Assembly (NCBI RefSeq): GCF_038025025.1
Contig: NW_027117345.1
Span: 62,001 to 126,000, forward strand
Direction of reading: 5' to 3'
DNA length: 64,000 nt
Origin: Phyllosticta citribraziliensis
Lineage: Eukaryota
Made by a program: the position numbers and the translations under genes. Positions 49,681 to 62,154 of this stretch are shown here, one piece after another. How positions within the stretch are numbered: position 1 is the stretch's first letter; each line of letters begins with the position of its first letter. The notes beneath the pieces are model-generated. The model ran no database searches and was not told the origin of the DNA. It saw only the letters and a program-made list of their open reading frames with translations.

Positions 49681-51153
49681 CGCGGACGCAGAAGGCTGGA
49701 CTTGTCAGAGATACGAGGACGGAGGGTCGCGAATCGTCGAGCGTCGATTTCGTGGTGGGCACCAATTTTAATCTTGCTGCAACTTTGTGGGGGCTCGCTG
49801 ATGGGGCAGAGACACAATAAATAGAGATCCCAGGTGGATACAACTCCTTCGCGCGCGGATCTGATTTGGAAGCCAGAGCCTTGGTTCTGCAATAAATAGT
49901 GCCTTGGTCTTGACGAGCGTAAGGGAGAAGTCCATGGCCAAGCTGAGCATGTGGTGTGCAAGACCTTTTAAGCTGCTGTGTCTCGCCTGGCGGGTTTGGT
50001 CATGAAGAGGGCCTCTTCCTTCCGCATAAACCAAGAGACAGGAGGTCGATCACCCTAAGCGTTGGCAGGAGGGACCCCGCAGGCTGCTAGTGCCAGGTTC
50101 CTTGACGTGGATGGTACATGTTTTGGCCGCCAGAGGGGTCCTATAAGGGACGTTCAGCGGCATCGGGGCGGTTTCACCAGCACGCAACATTTCCCTTTTG
50201 GTACACGTTTGACAGATGGTCTTTTCCCCGGACGTACTGGTCCTCGTGGCACACAGAGTACACGGTAACTCGAGCATTTTTCCAAATGATTTTGACGACA
50301 CAGTGTGCACGGGTGGGTTGGAACCACTCGCTCTGGCAAGTCCACGTCTTGTCCTTGTGCTAGGGCGACGGCGAGGTGCCCGGGTTCCCTTGGCGCCAAA
50401 CATTGGTGGGCTTGAATCTTTTCGCACGCTTTCCCTGACATCTGGGCCGGCTTGTCAAAAGTGTCAAACTAGTGAGTGGGCGGATGGCGGCATCGAGTCG
50501 AAACACGCTGTGGCACCCACCTTGAATCTGGCCGTGTCAATCAAGAATGGAGGAAACGGTGACACGGCTGGATTCTCTCCCGCACGCCATTGCTCGAACT
50601 CATGACCAGAGCCACCGGTTAGTGTGGGCAGTGGTAGAGTGCGTAGTGTGGGGTACTGAAGGCAGTCGGCCTATGGCACAGCCGCGCCCCCATTGCTGCG
50701 ATAGGTAGGTCATGGCGGCGGAGCGAGGCCCTTGCAGCGATAGTTGCAGAGTGACAGGCAAAGGTGTTGACGGTGTAAAGTCGACGCAGTCAAGGGCGAC
50801 GCGATGCAGCTGACTTCGCGTAGACAACCGAAGAGCGGCGGCTCGGCTGGGTGACAACGTCATCGGCCTCGGCGCATATCACCAAGCCGAACCTCCAAGC
50901 CTCCTCTACTTTCCCTCTTCCAACTTCTCGACCTCGCTATCCGCTTCACCGGTTGCTTATACCCTACGCATTTCACGATTAGTCCTCTCACCGCAAACCC
51001 GCCCCGTCCAATTTCCCGTCGCCGAGCTCTCCGTCGCTCTCGCCAGCCGAACTGGCCTTACTTTTTGGTCACTGGACATGTGAAGAATGATCGCATCCCT
51101 TGGCTCCGCCGCACACCAATGACGACACATCGGCCACACTTGACGTCGCGAAC

Positions 51154-54100
51154 ATGGCGAAAGCGAGGGCGAGCACAGCCAGGAAAGCGGGCGCGGCACG
51201 AGGGCGAGGCCGTGTGAACACGCGCGCAACTCGCCAACGTGCAGCGACCAAGGATGATATTCCAAGCGTCTATGCAAAGATGCTCTCTGGCGAGAGCTCG
51301 TCTCCCGAGGAAACAAATAGGCCTTCAAAGCGGCGCAAGGTCGACGAGCCGACGCAGAATGAGGAGGTTGCTGTGTTGGTCACGCAGACTAATGAACACG
51401 CCTCTGGCCCCGAAAATGAAACACAGCCCAAGCTCCAGACCATCATCGATGACTCCGAATCGGACAACAGTGATGATATGGACTGGGAGGACGTTGATCT
51501 GGGGACCAGCGCAGAATACTTGCTCAAGGCTCCCGACCAAGAGGAGAGCGAGACACTGCAAATAAACGCTGGAGATGGAGCCTCGGCGCAGCAGACTCCT
51601 GCCAGAGCTCGTAGGAAAGCATTGACAGCTGCAGAAAAGCAGTCAAGGGTCCATCTGCACAAGATGCATCTGCTATGCTTACTGTTCAATTCTCACATTA
51701 GGAATGCGTGGTGCAATGATGAAAAAGTACAGGTACTGCAACCTAGTCCTCTAGCATATCTGTCTCTGACAACATGATCCAGGCTTCTCTAAAAAGATTT
51801 CTGAACGCAAAGCTAAAATCCTTCTTCGCTCCCGACCCAAACCAGTCGCAGTTCAAAGCTGCCACGTCTTTCACAGACGGTCTGGGGCTGGCGGTCGAGA
51901 TGTGGAAAAAATTCAAATTGACATCCGTAGGCATGAGAAGAGCAAAATGGGCGCACGATGCAAAGGATCTCGAATTCAACAAGATATTCGAGAACTTGGA
52001 CTCGCTGGCAGGTATCTCGGACTTGCGAAAGGCTGCCACAGCTTTCGAAGGTTCCGCTGATACGGGAGCGATTCTGTTCTGCGCATTCCTCCGCGCTGCA
52101 GGCGTCAAGACGAGGCTCGTGTGTTCCCTGCAGACATTGCCGTTCTCGGCTGCTGGACAAGCTCCTCCCCCAGCTTCTGATGACCAGAGGAATACGGTGT
52201 ATGCAGAGGAGCTCATCGCCCCTCCAAGCCCCAAGCCCACACCTCCAAAGCGTCTATTTGGTCGGCGAGGCTTTGGGGGCCAAGTCCCTGTTCGTTCAAC
52301 CACTCCAGTTGCTGGATCAAAGAAGAGGACGGCCTTGTCAAAACCATCCCATCCAGTCTATTGGGTCGAGGCCTTCAATACCGCCCAGCAAAAATGGATT
52401 GCGGTAGACCCAATAGCTACCGGCACAGTGGGCAGGCCTTCTCGCCTGGAGCCACCCCTCAGCGACGCCCAAGTCAGCATGAGCTATGTTCTCGCGTTCG
52501 AAGACAGCGGCGTCGCGCGAGACGTGACGCGGCGCTACGCCAAAGCATACAACGCCAAGACGCTCAAGACACGAGTAGAGAGCACGCCAGGAGGCGAGCG
52601 GTGGTACCGCAAAGCACTCAAGCTGTTCCGACGCGCAGACGTCCTCGACCGCGACCAGATCGAGGACGCCGAGCTGGCCAAGCGCGAGGCGGCGGAGGAA
52701 TTGCCCAAGAGCATCCAAGACTTCAAGAACCACCCGCACTACGTGCTCGAGCGGCACCTGCGCCACAACGAGGTGATCCACCCCAGGCGCGAGGTCGGCC
52801 AGGTCAACCTGGGCTCTGCGGCGCGCACCAACCTGGCGCCCATCTACCGCCGCCGCGACGTGCACTCGCTCAAGAGCGCCGACAAGTGGTTCCGCGTGGG
52901 CCGCACCGTCAAGGCTGGCGAGCAGCCGCTCAAGCACGGCAAGCCGCGCAAAGGCGCCTTTGCCGTAGACAGAGACGACATGGCGGCGGAGGTGGATGCC
53001 GACGATGAACCCGCAGGCGTCGCCCTCTACGCTGCCTTCCAGACGGAGCCGTACGTCGCGCCGCCCGTCTCGCCTTCGGGCCGCGTCCCGCGCAACGCCT
53101 TTGGTAACCTGGATGTCTACGTCCCGTCGATGGTGCCGGCGGGGGGCGCGCACGTGCGGCACCCGCGGGCACGGCAAGCGGCCAAACTGCTAGGCGTGGA
53201 CTACGCGGACGCGGTGACAGGCTTCAAGTTCAAAGGGCGACACGGGACGGCGGTGGTCGAGGGCGCAGTCGTAGCAGCGGCACACCGCGAGGCCGTCGAG
53301 GCCATCATCCAGGGGCTAGCGGAGATGGAGGCTGAGCAAGAAAAGCGCAAGCGAAGCAAAGAGGCACTGAGACTATGGCGCAAGTTTTACCGCGGCCTGG
53401 CGATTGTGCGGCGCGTGCAGGAGGAGTACGGGACGGCGGAGGAGAAGGAGGCGTGGCGGAGGGAGATGGAGGACGCGCAGGAGCAAGAAATGGTCGAGGC
53501 CGAGGCCGCCGGTGGCTTCTTGCCTGCCATCAGTGCCGACGAGCCCGTCGCAGAGCCGACGGCTGGTCGTTTCTTTGCGCAAGAAGCCAACATTGTTGAT
53601 TATGGCGGCGGTGGGTTCTTGCCTGACGGTGGAGAGCCGTCGCCGTCGCTGTTTGACCGCCGCATCCTCGACCACGCTGCACTCCGCCCTCGCGCGTCTC
53701 TGGGCTCGGACGGCACGCACGACGAGGCTATCATGGGCGGAGGCGGATTCATGCCAGAAGACGAAGGGGGAGGCTTCCTACCCGACGCGCCTCTCACCGA
53801 CGAAAAGCGCGACGCCGCTGCCGAAGAACGCGCCGCGTCTCTCTTCGGCGAGGGCGGCGGGTTCCTCCCAGACGACGACGACGACGACGGCGCTGGAGGC
53901 TTCATCCGAGAAGCGGACGAGCCGATAGTCTGGCCCCCTTCCAAGAGCAAGGACAAAGCTGCCGCCGAGGGAATCTTGCAGGCGGGCCCGCCAGCGCCAT
54001 CACCAGTCGCAGCGGCGGCGCCAAATGCAGACGACGACGCTGCGAGCACAGAGCAACAAAATCTAGACCCTGCCAAGGGCTCGACGCAGATTGGCGAGGC

Positions 54101-54323
54101 GGTCAATCAGCCGGCTTCAGAGCGCGAGGGCCAAGAAGGGCGAGCACAAGGTGTGGACGGAGACGAAATCACTGAGGAGAGCCTGCGGCAAGCTCCTGCA
54201 GAAGCAACAATGGAGGGAAAGGGTGGGTTTGGGACTGCAGACTCGGAGAGCGAGAGGGATTCGTTGCCCTCGCATGATCCGGAAGACGAGGATGCGGAGC
54301 CAGAGTGGCTGCTGAGCGATTGA
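51154..54323 (+). CDS. RAD4: DNA repair protein Rad4/XPC (about 1039 aa; exons 51154-51732 and 51783-54323)
   Basis: HKMHLLCLL..IRNAWCND; transglutaminase-like RLVCSLQ and YWVEAF..KWIAVDP; RDVTRRY; BHD motifs FKNHPHYVLERHL, VPRNAFGNLDVY and DYADAVTGFKF; N-terminal DWEDV acidic motif; 50-nt phase-0 intron. Confidence 0.95.
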
Positions 54324-54598
54324 TGGTTGGGAGTGTGCGCAGATGGATCTAGGTCAAATTATTGGACTACAGAGCAAATGATATCTTGGTTCCGCCTTGG
54401 AGGTTTCAATCGTGGACAGCGACTTCGTTTTGAAATGGCCCTCTAAAACAAAGTGAGGCGCATGGGGCAGCCAAGTGCACCCAAGGTGATGCCGGGTAGA
54501 TACTTCTTAGTCGGTCGTGATTCATTTCAAGTGAGAATTGCTCTTGACCCTGCCATTTATGCTGCTCTGTCTGCGGTCTAGGCTTTCGCAGTGCCAAT

Positions 54599-55526
54599 TC
54601 ACTCCTCCATCTCCGCATCGCTGACCTTGGCCAGTCCGTGCTCCTTGAGAAGGGCGTCAATCTCCTCGGCACTCCACAAGTGGTGGTACACCTTGCCGCT
54701 CTTCGTCCTTCCGACCGTGGCGAATTCGACTGCACCGGTTAGCGTTGCCAACGCAAAAGAGACGTCGTGTTCACATACTCTTCTCGCTGCTGAGCTTGGT
54801 CGAATCCATCGTCTTGCTCAACACCTTGACCGCCAGGCCGCACGCCTCCTTCAGGTCACAGTCCTCCTTGTAGTCCTGCTTCAGCAAGCTCTGCGCGCTC
54901 GCGTTGTTGGCGCCGACGCTCGTGGCCTTCCATCCGCCGTAGTTGCCCGAGGGATTGCTCTGGTACAGCTGGAACTGGCGCTGGGGGTCGTAGCCGGCGT
55001 AGATGAAGGACACACCAAACGGACGCAGGCCGCCGTGTTGAGTGTATCCCTGCTTCAAGTCGCATAGCCGGCGCACGAGCTGCTCGCACGGAATGTCCTC
55101 GTTGTAGGTGAGAAGGTAGCGCTGGGCGGCCTGTCGGGCGTAGTTGATCAGGATGTTGGCGTCTGCCGTCATGCCGGCTACTGCGCAGATCATGTTGCTG
55201 GGGGCGCACCGTAAGCATGTGGTCTAATGGGGCGTCCGGGCCGTGTCAAGGTACTCATTGAGGATGTAGAGCTTCTCCGCCGATGTGTCCTGCTCCAACA
55301 ACTTGCTCGTGACCTTGCGTTCGGCTGCTAGGACGATGCCATCCTTGGCGAGGATGCCGAGTGCTGTACCGGCGTGCGAGATGGCTTCAAGCGCGTATTC
55401 GACCTGGTAGAGGCGGCCCTCGGGCGAGAAGATGGTGGTCTGCGAGCTGCGTGTAAGCTACCGCGGCGGAGAGGCTCGCCCGGCAAACTGGGACGGACTC
55501 ACTCTCGAATCGTATCTCCGGGACAT
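54599..55526 (-). CDS. PRE9: 20S proteasome subunit alpha3 (252 aa; exons 55526-55503, 55439-55255, 55197-54779, 54729-54599)
   Basis: [51 protein letters not shown] and [10 protein letters not shown]. Three canonical introns give a 759-nt CDS. Confidence 0.97.
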
Positions 55527-55847
55527 TTTGCAAGGAGGGTGTGCAGGGCGGGGACGAGGTAATGAAGAAAGGAGGGAGGGGCGAGGCTTGATGGTTGGAG
55601 TTGTGTGGAAAGCTGCGGTGGTTGATGTCGAAGGCGGCGAGCTCCAGGCAAGCAAGCTACCTGACGACGCGCCGCTCCAAGTCGTGGCCGCTGATTAAGG
55701 CGGCCTGCACGCAAAATGGGAGCCACCAGCGGCCACCCTTGCTCCCCGTCAACCCCGGCCGCGCCAAGACCGTTGCAGCGTCACTGCAACTGACTTGCTC
55801 TGTCCGACTCTCTGATCTTTGCGCTTCTTCCTCTAAACCCCAGGAAG
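55527..55847. promoter_or_regulatory. Compact divergent (bidirectional) promoter region between PRE9 and the WW/FF gene
   Basis: Only 321 bp separate the two head-to-head start codons. Confidence 0.65.
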
Positions 55848-57620
55848 ATGCTCCAATCGACCTACAAGCCGCCGCCCAAGCCCCCAGCATCAACTGCCCA
55901 AGCCCCCCTACCCCCGGGCTGGACGGAGCACAAGGCGCCATCTGGTAAGCAACAGCATTGAAAAACATCAAGACGGCCTTCTGACTTGCCAGGCCACACA
56001 TACTACTACAACCATGAGACCAAAAAGTCTACCTATCAGCGCCCCGGTGCTGTGCCGCAGGTAGCTCCGCCTCAACCTCCCGCCGCGCCTTCGTTTCCCC
56101 AAAATGTATTTCCCGGCCCACCACCACACCAGCAGCCAGGCTTCAACCCGCAATTTTCCCAGCAACACTTCCCAGGGGCTCGAGGCGGGCGTGGGAACTT
56201 TCGAGGAGGCCACCATCAGGATCGCCGGCGCCATGAGCCACAGGACCGGCCCAAGCACAAATACAGCATACCCGAATGTTCGCCATGGCTTCTAGTCAAA
56301 ACAAAATTGGGCAGGCGGTTCGTTCACAACCCGGAGACGAATGAGAGTTTTTGGAAGTTTCCAGCAGACGTGATGAAGGGAGTGATTGAGTTTGACCGGA
56401 TCGAGCGCGAGAGGAAGGAAAGGAGAGAGCGGGGCGAGCCAAGTGATGTTGAAGAGGAAAGGGAGGCTGCAGCTGCGTTGGCTGCCGAGGATGGCAAAGG
56501 AGAGGCTGCCCATGTCGTTCCTACGAGAGAAGCCAAGGGTTACGACAGCGATGAATATGAAGAGGTCGAGGTAACCGACGACGAGAACGCTGAAGAGGAA
56601 GACGGACCTTCAAAACGACAACGGACCGACGCAGAGGAGGAAGAGGCTGTTGAGTTCAACGAGGATGATATAGCGTGGCAGCTTGAGGCCATGGGCCAGG
56701 ATGGATTTGATGCTGGAGCCGACCAGGACCAAGACATGGGCGAAGGTGGAGACTTGCCTTTGTCCGAGGAAGACTCCAGGGCCCTCTTCAGGGACATGCT
56801 CGAGGACCACCACTGCAACCCTTTCTGGACGTGGGAGAAAATCATCGAAGAAGGCCGAGTCATCGACGACGACCGCTACACGGTCCTCCCCAACATGAAA
56901 TCCCGCAAAGAAGCGTGGGACGAATGGTCGCGCGACAAGGCGCAGTCGCTCAAAGAACAACGCGAAAAAGCCGCGAAGAAAGACCCAGCGATCCCCTTCC
57001 TGACATTCCTGCACAAGCACGCGACGCCGAAGCTGTACTGGCCGGAATTCCGGCGGAAATACAAGAAGGAGCCCGGGATGAGGGACGCCAAGCTGCTGGA
57101 CAAGGACCGCGAGAAGTTGTACCGCGAGCACATTGGCCGGCTCAAGCTGCCGGAGAGCACGCGCAAGTCGGACCTCTCGAGCCTCCTCAAGTCGATGCCG
57201 GTCGCCCAGCTCAACCGCGCCACGTCGCTTGCTGCGCTGCCGTCCACGCTGCTCCGCGACCTGCGCTACATCTCTCTGCCCGCGTCGGTCCGCGATCCGC
57301 TCATCGAGGCGTACATCTCGACGCTTCCGCCACCGCCGGAACTGACCGGCCAATCCGCCGAAGAACTGGAGGAGATGGAGCGCAGGAAGATTGAGAGGGA
57401 GCGGCGGGAAAAGGCGCTGGCGGAGAGAGAACGCAGAGTGCAGGAGGAGAAGCGGCGGCAGCGGAGAGACTTGGCGTACGGCAGAGACAGGCTGCGAGCA
57501 GAAGAGGGCGAGCTGGATCGAGCCATGAAGGTGGGAAAGGAGGGGCTCAGGGCGCAGCTGCAGGGGCTGTCGACGGATGACGACAAGAAGAAGGACGAGG
57601 AGAAGGTGGACGCGTCGTAG
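55848..57620 (+). CDS. URN1: WW- and FF-domain splicing/transcription factor, Urn1/Dre4/TCERG1-like (574 aa; exons 55848-55944 and 55993-57620)
   Basis: WW domain [30 protein letters not shown] across a 48-nt GTAAGC...CTGAC...CAG intron; second WW-like segment WLLVKTKLGRRFVHNPETNESFW; FF repeats FRDMLEDHHCNPFWTWE...DDRY and WPEFRRKYKKE. Confidence 0.85.
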
Positions 57621-59074
57621 TGTCTATCACTGGGTTTACCATAATCAACACATCAATTGTCCGTAACATATGGAGCAGTGACATGGCATTGCAGACTTGT
57701 ACAGCAAAACACCACGCGCCATCGACACGCTACCTACTTAAAGCCTTAGTCTGCCTACATTACTCCACGCAGGCAGGCAAAAACCACCCACCCCTCTTGT
57801 ACAACACGCCCCACACCCCAACCAACCTGTACAAGCACAGAAAAGCGAGTTGTGCCCACCTACCGTACTACACCACCTCCCACACTCCCACACTCCCACA
57901 CTACTTCGCCTAGACTGACGCAGCCGCCAGCCTATGTAGCTACCATCCCCTGCATCCCAGCCACGTACATGACTACACGCAGGCAGTGATAGTTTACTGA
58001 TGTATTACTGCAGCACCTAGGGAGCTTTCATCGCGACTGCAGACGCGCACAGGGAGCAGTCATCCGCCACCGCAGCCAGATGGGCCACTGACATCAAAGC
58101 AGGCCGCACTCAGTCAATCAGCGTAGCCCATCTGCACGTTATGGAAGACAATCATGTCATGAGAGAAGAAGCTTTCCATGGATCAGACTATAAAACGCGA
58201 GCCTGCTAGCAACAGCAACAGCAGCAGCAACAACAACCAAGTGCGACGAAGCAAAAGGAGCAAAAGGAAGCGCAACATCCGACGATTCGATTCGATTGCC
58301 ACAAGAGTCAAGCACCACCACCGTACCGTAGCAGCCAAAGCAAACGCCACAAACGCGAGTAGAGAAAAGAGCAAGACGGCGACGGTGCGGAGCAGTCGAG
58401 CACGTCAAGCGCGACGTGGAGTCTGATGTGTGCAAGACCGCCCGCGCGCCCGGCCGCCAAAAGACACAAGCCGTAAAAGAAAAAGAGCCAGTCAGACTAA
58501 ACTCCGTGATCCGTCTCTTTTGAGGGATGGAGGGCTTTCGAAATTCTTGTGTTGGTTGGAAACCTGCACCCCGCTGATTCGACATGACGTCATGCACGGG
58601 ATATCAGGGGGGTCGGCAAAAGGTGACGAGCAGCAAAGAAAGAAAAAGGAAAGAGGACAAAAAGGAACGACAGAGACCCGCGGTTTCATGCCTGCCAGGG
58701 GGCCGGCGGCGAGCAATTCGATAGAGAGAGCAGAGTTTGTTTCGTCCATCGTGTCGTGGTCATTCTTGTTCTTGCTTGTATCTTGCTTGCTTGTAGCCAT
58801 TGGGGGATTTTCCTCCCAAGGCTAAAAGGAGAGAGGGGGAAAGGTCGAGACCGCGCCTAGAAAGTGGTCTCAGAGTTTCCCAGCAGTCCAGTCCCATTCC
58901 CGGTAGTTCCCCTTGAGGATCACACCTCAAGTATGGTGATGAGAGGGGTATCCGTAGTAGTTTTGACTCCATATGCCGAGAAGCGCCGTTTAGATGATGC
59001 CCAGGTGATTTGATTCGTTACCGTTGTTGCGTATCTATGATACATTCGTCGTCGTCAAAACGTCTGTCTGCGCA

Positions 59075-61014
59075 TCACAACACTGCGTTCTCCGGCATAC
59101 GCTTGAGCGCGGCCTCGACGTCCTTGCTGTCAACCACGACGCCGCTCTCTGAGCAGCGCGCCTTGGCCCGAAGCTCGGTGCAGAGGCCGTCGATGTCAAT
59201 GGTGCCATCCTTGAAGTCTTGCCGGTTTTGGAGTTTGTCCCTGTGCAGTGTCAGTGAGAGCGAGAATATAAACGACCTGGTCACGTACCAAATCTTGTGA
59301 CAGCTGAGGAGGTTGTTTGGATCCTCGCCAGGAACAACCTCATCGTCATCGCCATCTTGCATCCTTTGAATGGCTTCCATTGGATTTTGTTTGTTGGCTG
59401 CGCCAGGCGTCGGGCCATCGCCAAAGTTGAATGGGCTTGCTGAAAAGTCTGCTGGGAACGCATCGTTGAAGAAACCTCCCGTAAAGTCACCATCACCCAC
59501 AACCGCGACTTGCGATTCGCGGTAATCCCCAAACAGCGAAGGATTGAATTGGTTGTCGTTTTGTGTTGCCAGCCAATCGAGGCCAAAGTCGTTTCCAGGA
59601 CTTTTTGACACTTGCGCCTGATGAGTCGCAGCCATTGGAGCTGGCTTGTCGTTAGATTGGGACAGGGCGCGAGGGACTGGGTTGCGAGGGTTGCCACAAG
59701 CTTCGTTCAACTTTTCGCAGAAAGTGACCTCACCTTCGGTGTTGCCGTAACATGCGTATCCGTTTCCTTGCGAATCCTTGATCTTTTCGTTGCCGGGCGA
59801 ATTGTGACTCGGCTCGGGCGAGGTACCACACGACGAGTTTGCGCCGTAGTTGGACACTGACGATGCCGATGGCGAATCATTCGTTGAGTTTGCGTTGCTG
59901 TTGAATTGGAAGACGCGCCCGACTCCAGTCGAGCTGGACACGCTACCGCGCGGTCCGTTGAGCGTGGGCGATCCGTTGGCAGTGTTACCGGTGCCATTTG
60001 TAGATGGCGAGTGGTGGGAGTTAGGGCTGGCTCCTGTTGATGCCTTGTCTGGAGACCTAACTCCATTGGTGTTGCTGCTCGGACTCATACTCCGGCCAGC
60101 ACTGTTTTGCCGGCCGCCCGCAGGAGCGTTGGAGCTCTTGGACAAAGGACCATTGTTCAACAGCTGGGAGCCAGGAAGGGCGCCAAAGCGGGGAAACTCG
60201 AATTGAAAGTTGTTGGCTCCAGGCGAGGCGTTGGACAGAAGTGAAGGAAATCCAGTCTGGGTCTTTCCAACGCCCGAGGCATTCAGCGACAAGCGCTTCC
60301 GGTACTCCCGCAACTCCATCTGCAGCCTCTCGACTTGAGCGCGGAGCAGGCCGTTTTCGTGGTTGGTCGCATCCGACGCTTGTTCGAGCTCCTGAACCTT
60401 AGTCTCGAGGTCCTTCAAGTGTTTCTCCTTGCGCTCGCGGAATGCTCGCTGGGCCGCTCGGTTCTGGGCTTTGCGTTTCTTGGCCACGTTAGCAAGATTC
60501 ACGATGACGCACCGTCATCACTCACGGTCGTGGGCTCTGAAGTCAGTGGCTTTCTGCCGGGCTTCTTTGCCTGCTTCTCGTCCCCTTCTCGGCGCTTCGG
60601 ATCTTCATCGTTCTCTTCAGGGGGTGTCTTGCGCTTCTCGCTCGACTCGCCGTCAGGAGACCTTTGGTTTCCCTCTCCAGGCAGACCGCCAATCAAGAGG
60701 TCACCCGTCTCGTTGGGGTCAAAGTCGAATGTCCCGTCGACATCCAAAAACTCGCCGTACGGACTTTCTTCCAGACCAAAGGCGCCATATTCCGAGTCGG
60801 CGCCCTGCTGCGGCGATGTGAAGAATGAAGGGTCCATTCCGTCGAGAGGAAATTGTTGTTGCGGATTGCTATCGGACCTTTTGTTTTGCGAAGAGTATGA
60901 CGCAGACTTTCCAGGTTGGCCGGCCGAGTTGGAGTTTAGCGCTGCCACCAACAAGTCTTGTTGGTTTGGAGTGAGGTAAAGGTTTGGGTTGAATTGGTTA
61001 TTGGCGCTTGCCAT
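59075..61014 (-). CDS. YAP1: Yap1/AP-1-like redox-regulated bZIP transcription factor (614 aa; exons 61014-60526, 60478-59289, 59240-59075)
   Basis: KKPGRKPLTSEPTTKRKAQNRAAQRAFRERKE basic region and zipper; n-CRD FCEKLNEACG; c-CRD LSCHKIWD...IDIDGLCTELRAKARCSE; two canonical introns. Confidence 0.96.
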
Positions 61015-61090
61015 GATAGGGATCTAATAACGCAAGATTGGGAAAATGGTCGGAGTGGACCAGAGGGCAGTTGAGAGAAATTTGGATGCG

Positions 61091-61129
61091 TCAGTTGTCC
61101 CGAGTCGGCGAGGCACGCGGATCGAGCAT
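61091..61129 (-). promoter_or_regulatory. Putative 12-codon uORF (MLDPRASPTRDN*) in the YAP1 5' leader
   Basis: ATG at 61129 and TGA ending at 61091, 76 nt before the YAP1 ATG, downstream of a probable 5'-UTR intron (61287-61162). Confidence 0.4.
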
Positions 61130-62154
61130 CCGCAGAGAGAAGCGCAGCGGAAGAGGCCCTACTGTTCACCGCCGTCAGTTGGCAAATACAAGAGGCTTCG
61201 GGCTGAAGGCGGATTGATTCAGAGCGAGGCGGTGGTGACGTTGGGTTGACGAGGAAAAGTCGGGGCAGTGCCGGAGGGCTCGCGTACCTCGAGGGCCTGA
61301 TGATGGATGGTGAAAGTTGGAGCCAGCGGCGGAGGGACAGTTTGAGCGCAACAGTGGTTGCTGGAGGCGAATTTTGGCAGAGACGTCAGAGACGTAGGCA
61401 GAGTCGAAGACGTTGGTCGGAGGGGAGGGGCGGAGAGCGGAGGGCTGGGAGAGAAAGACGCATGTCAGATCAGATTGGTCTGGGCTTTGGGCCTGAAGAG
61501 GAGTAGCTCTGGCCGTGTTGTAGCGACCGGGGGGTCTGAGTGGTGGAGATTGGCGGGAAGGTCGTCGAAGGCTGCCAGCTCGGTCTCGGGCTCCTGCTTG
61601 GTAATCGGAGCTTAGGGCGGCACTGGATTTGACTAGGGCTGAGCAGCTGCGCCCATGTGGAGTGCGGAATGGCGATGCGGGTGGGAGAGATGCGGGCTTG
61701 GGGGAGTGCGGAGGAGGATTGAAGACGGGCGGAGTTCTCTCTTTCTCTCTCTCTGGCCCCTCACAAAGAGAAGAGGATCGAAGCGTATCTGCTGCGCTGG
61801 ACGGGGCGGGCGGACGGGAGTTCTGCCGACTATGCCGCATCGGGCGGTGGCAAAAGTCGCCGACATTCTTCCGCTCATCACGTGCCCTGCCGCTATCTTA
61901 TCTCCGCGTGACCGCCTTAGATCTCCGCCAGGCCCGCGCTAAGCCGCATCAGGCGCTGGCGGCCCGCCGCTCTCATCGTCGCGAGCCACGACCGACTTCA
62001 GCCCAGCGCGCCTCCCAACCATCCACTCTCTCTCCACGCTGCGCCCACGACACGTCCTCTCGCCCACCTGCCTGCGCTGCGCGTCACCACATCTCTCCGG
62101 TAACGTCTGTCTGCTTTGGGCTCTGCTCCCCCGCGATCGGAACTGAAGGGAAAA

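Noticed and set aside
50050..50427. Minus-strand ORF with CxxC-x12-CxxC upstream of the metal ATPase
   Set aside because: Short, with a stop just upstream and no splice model that extends it in frame; no other zinc-finger features.
58912..58931. Perfect 7-bp hairpin CTTGAGG-ATCACA-CCTCAAG downstream of YAP1
   Set aside because: A stem this short is expected by chance in 64 kb and has no supporting context.
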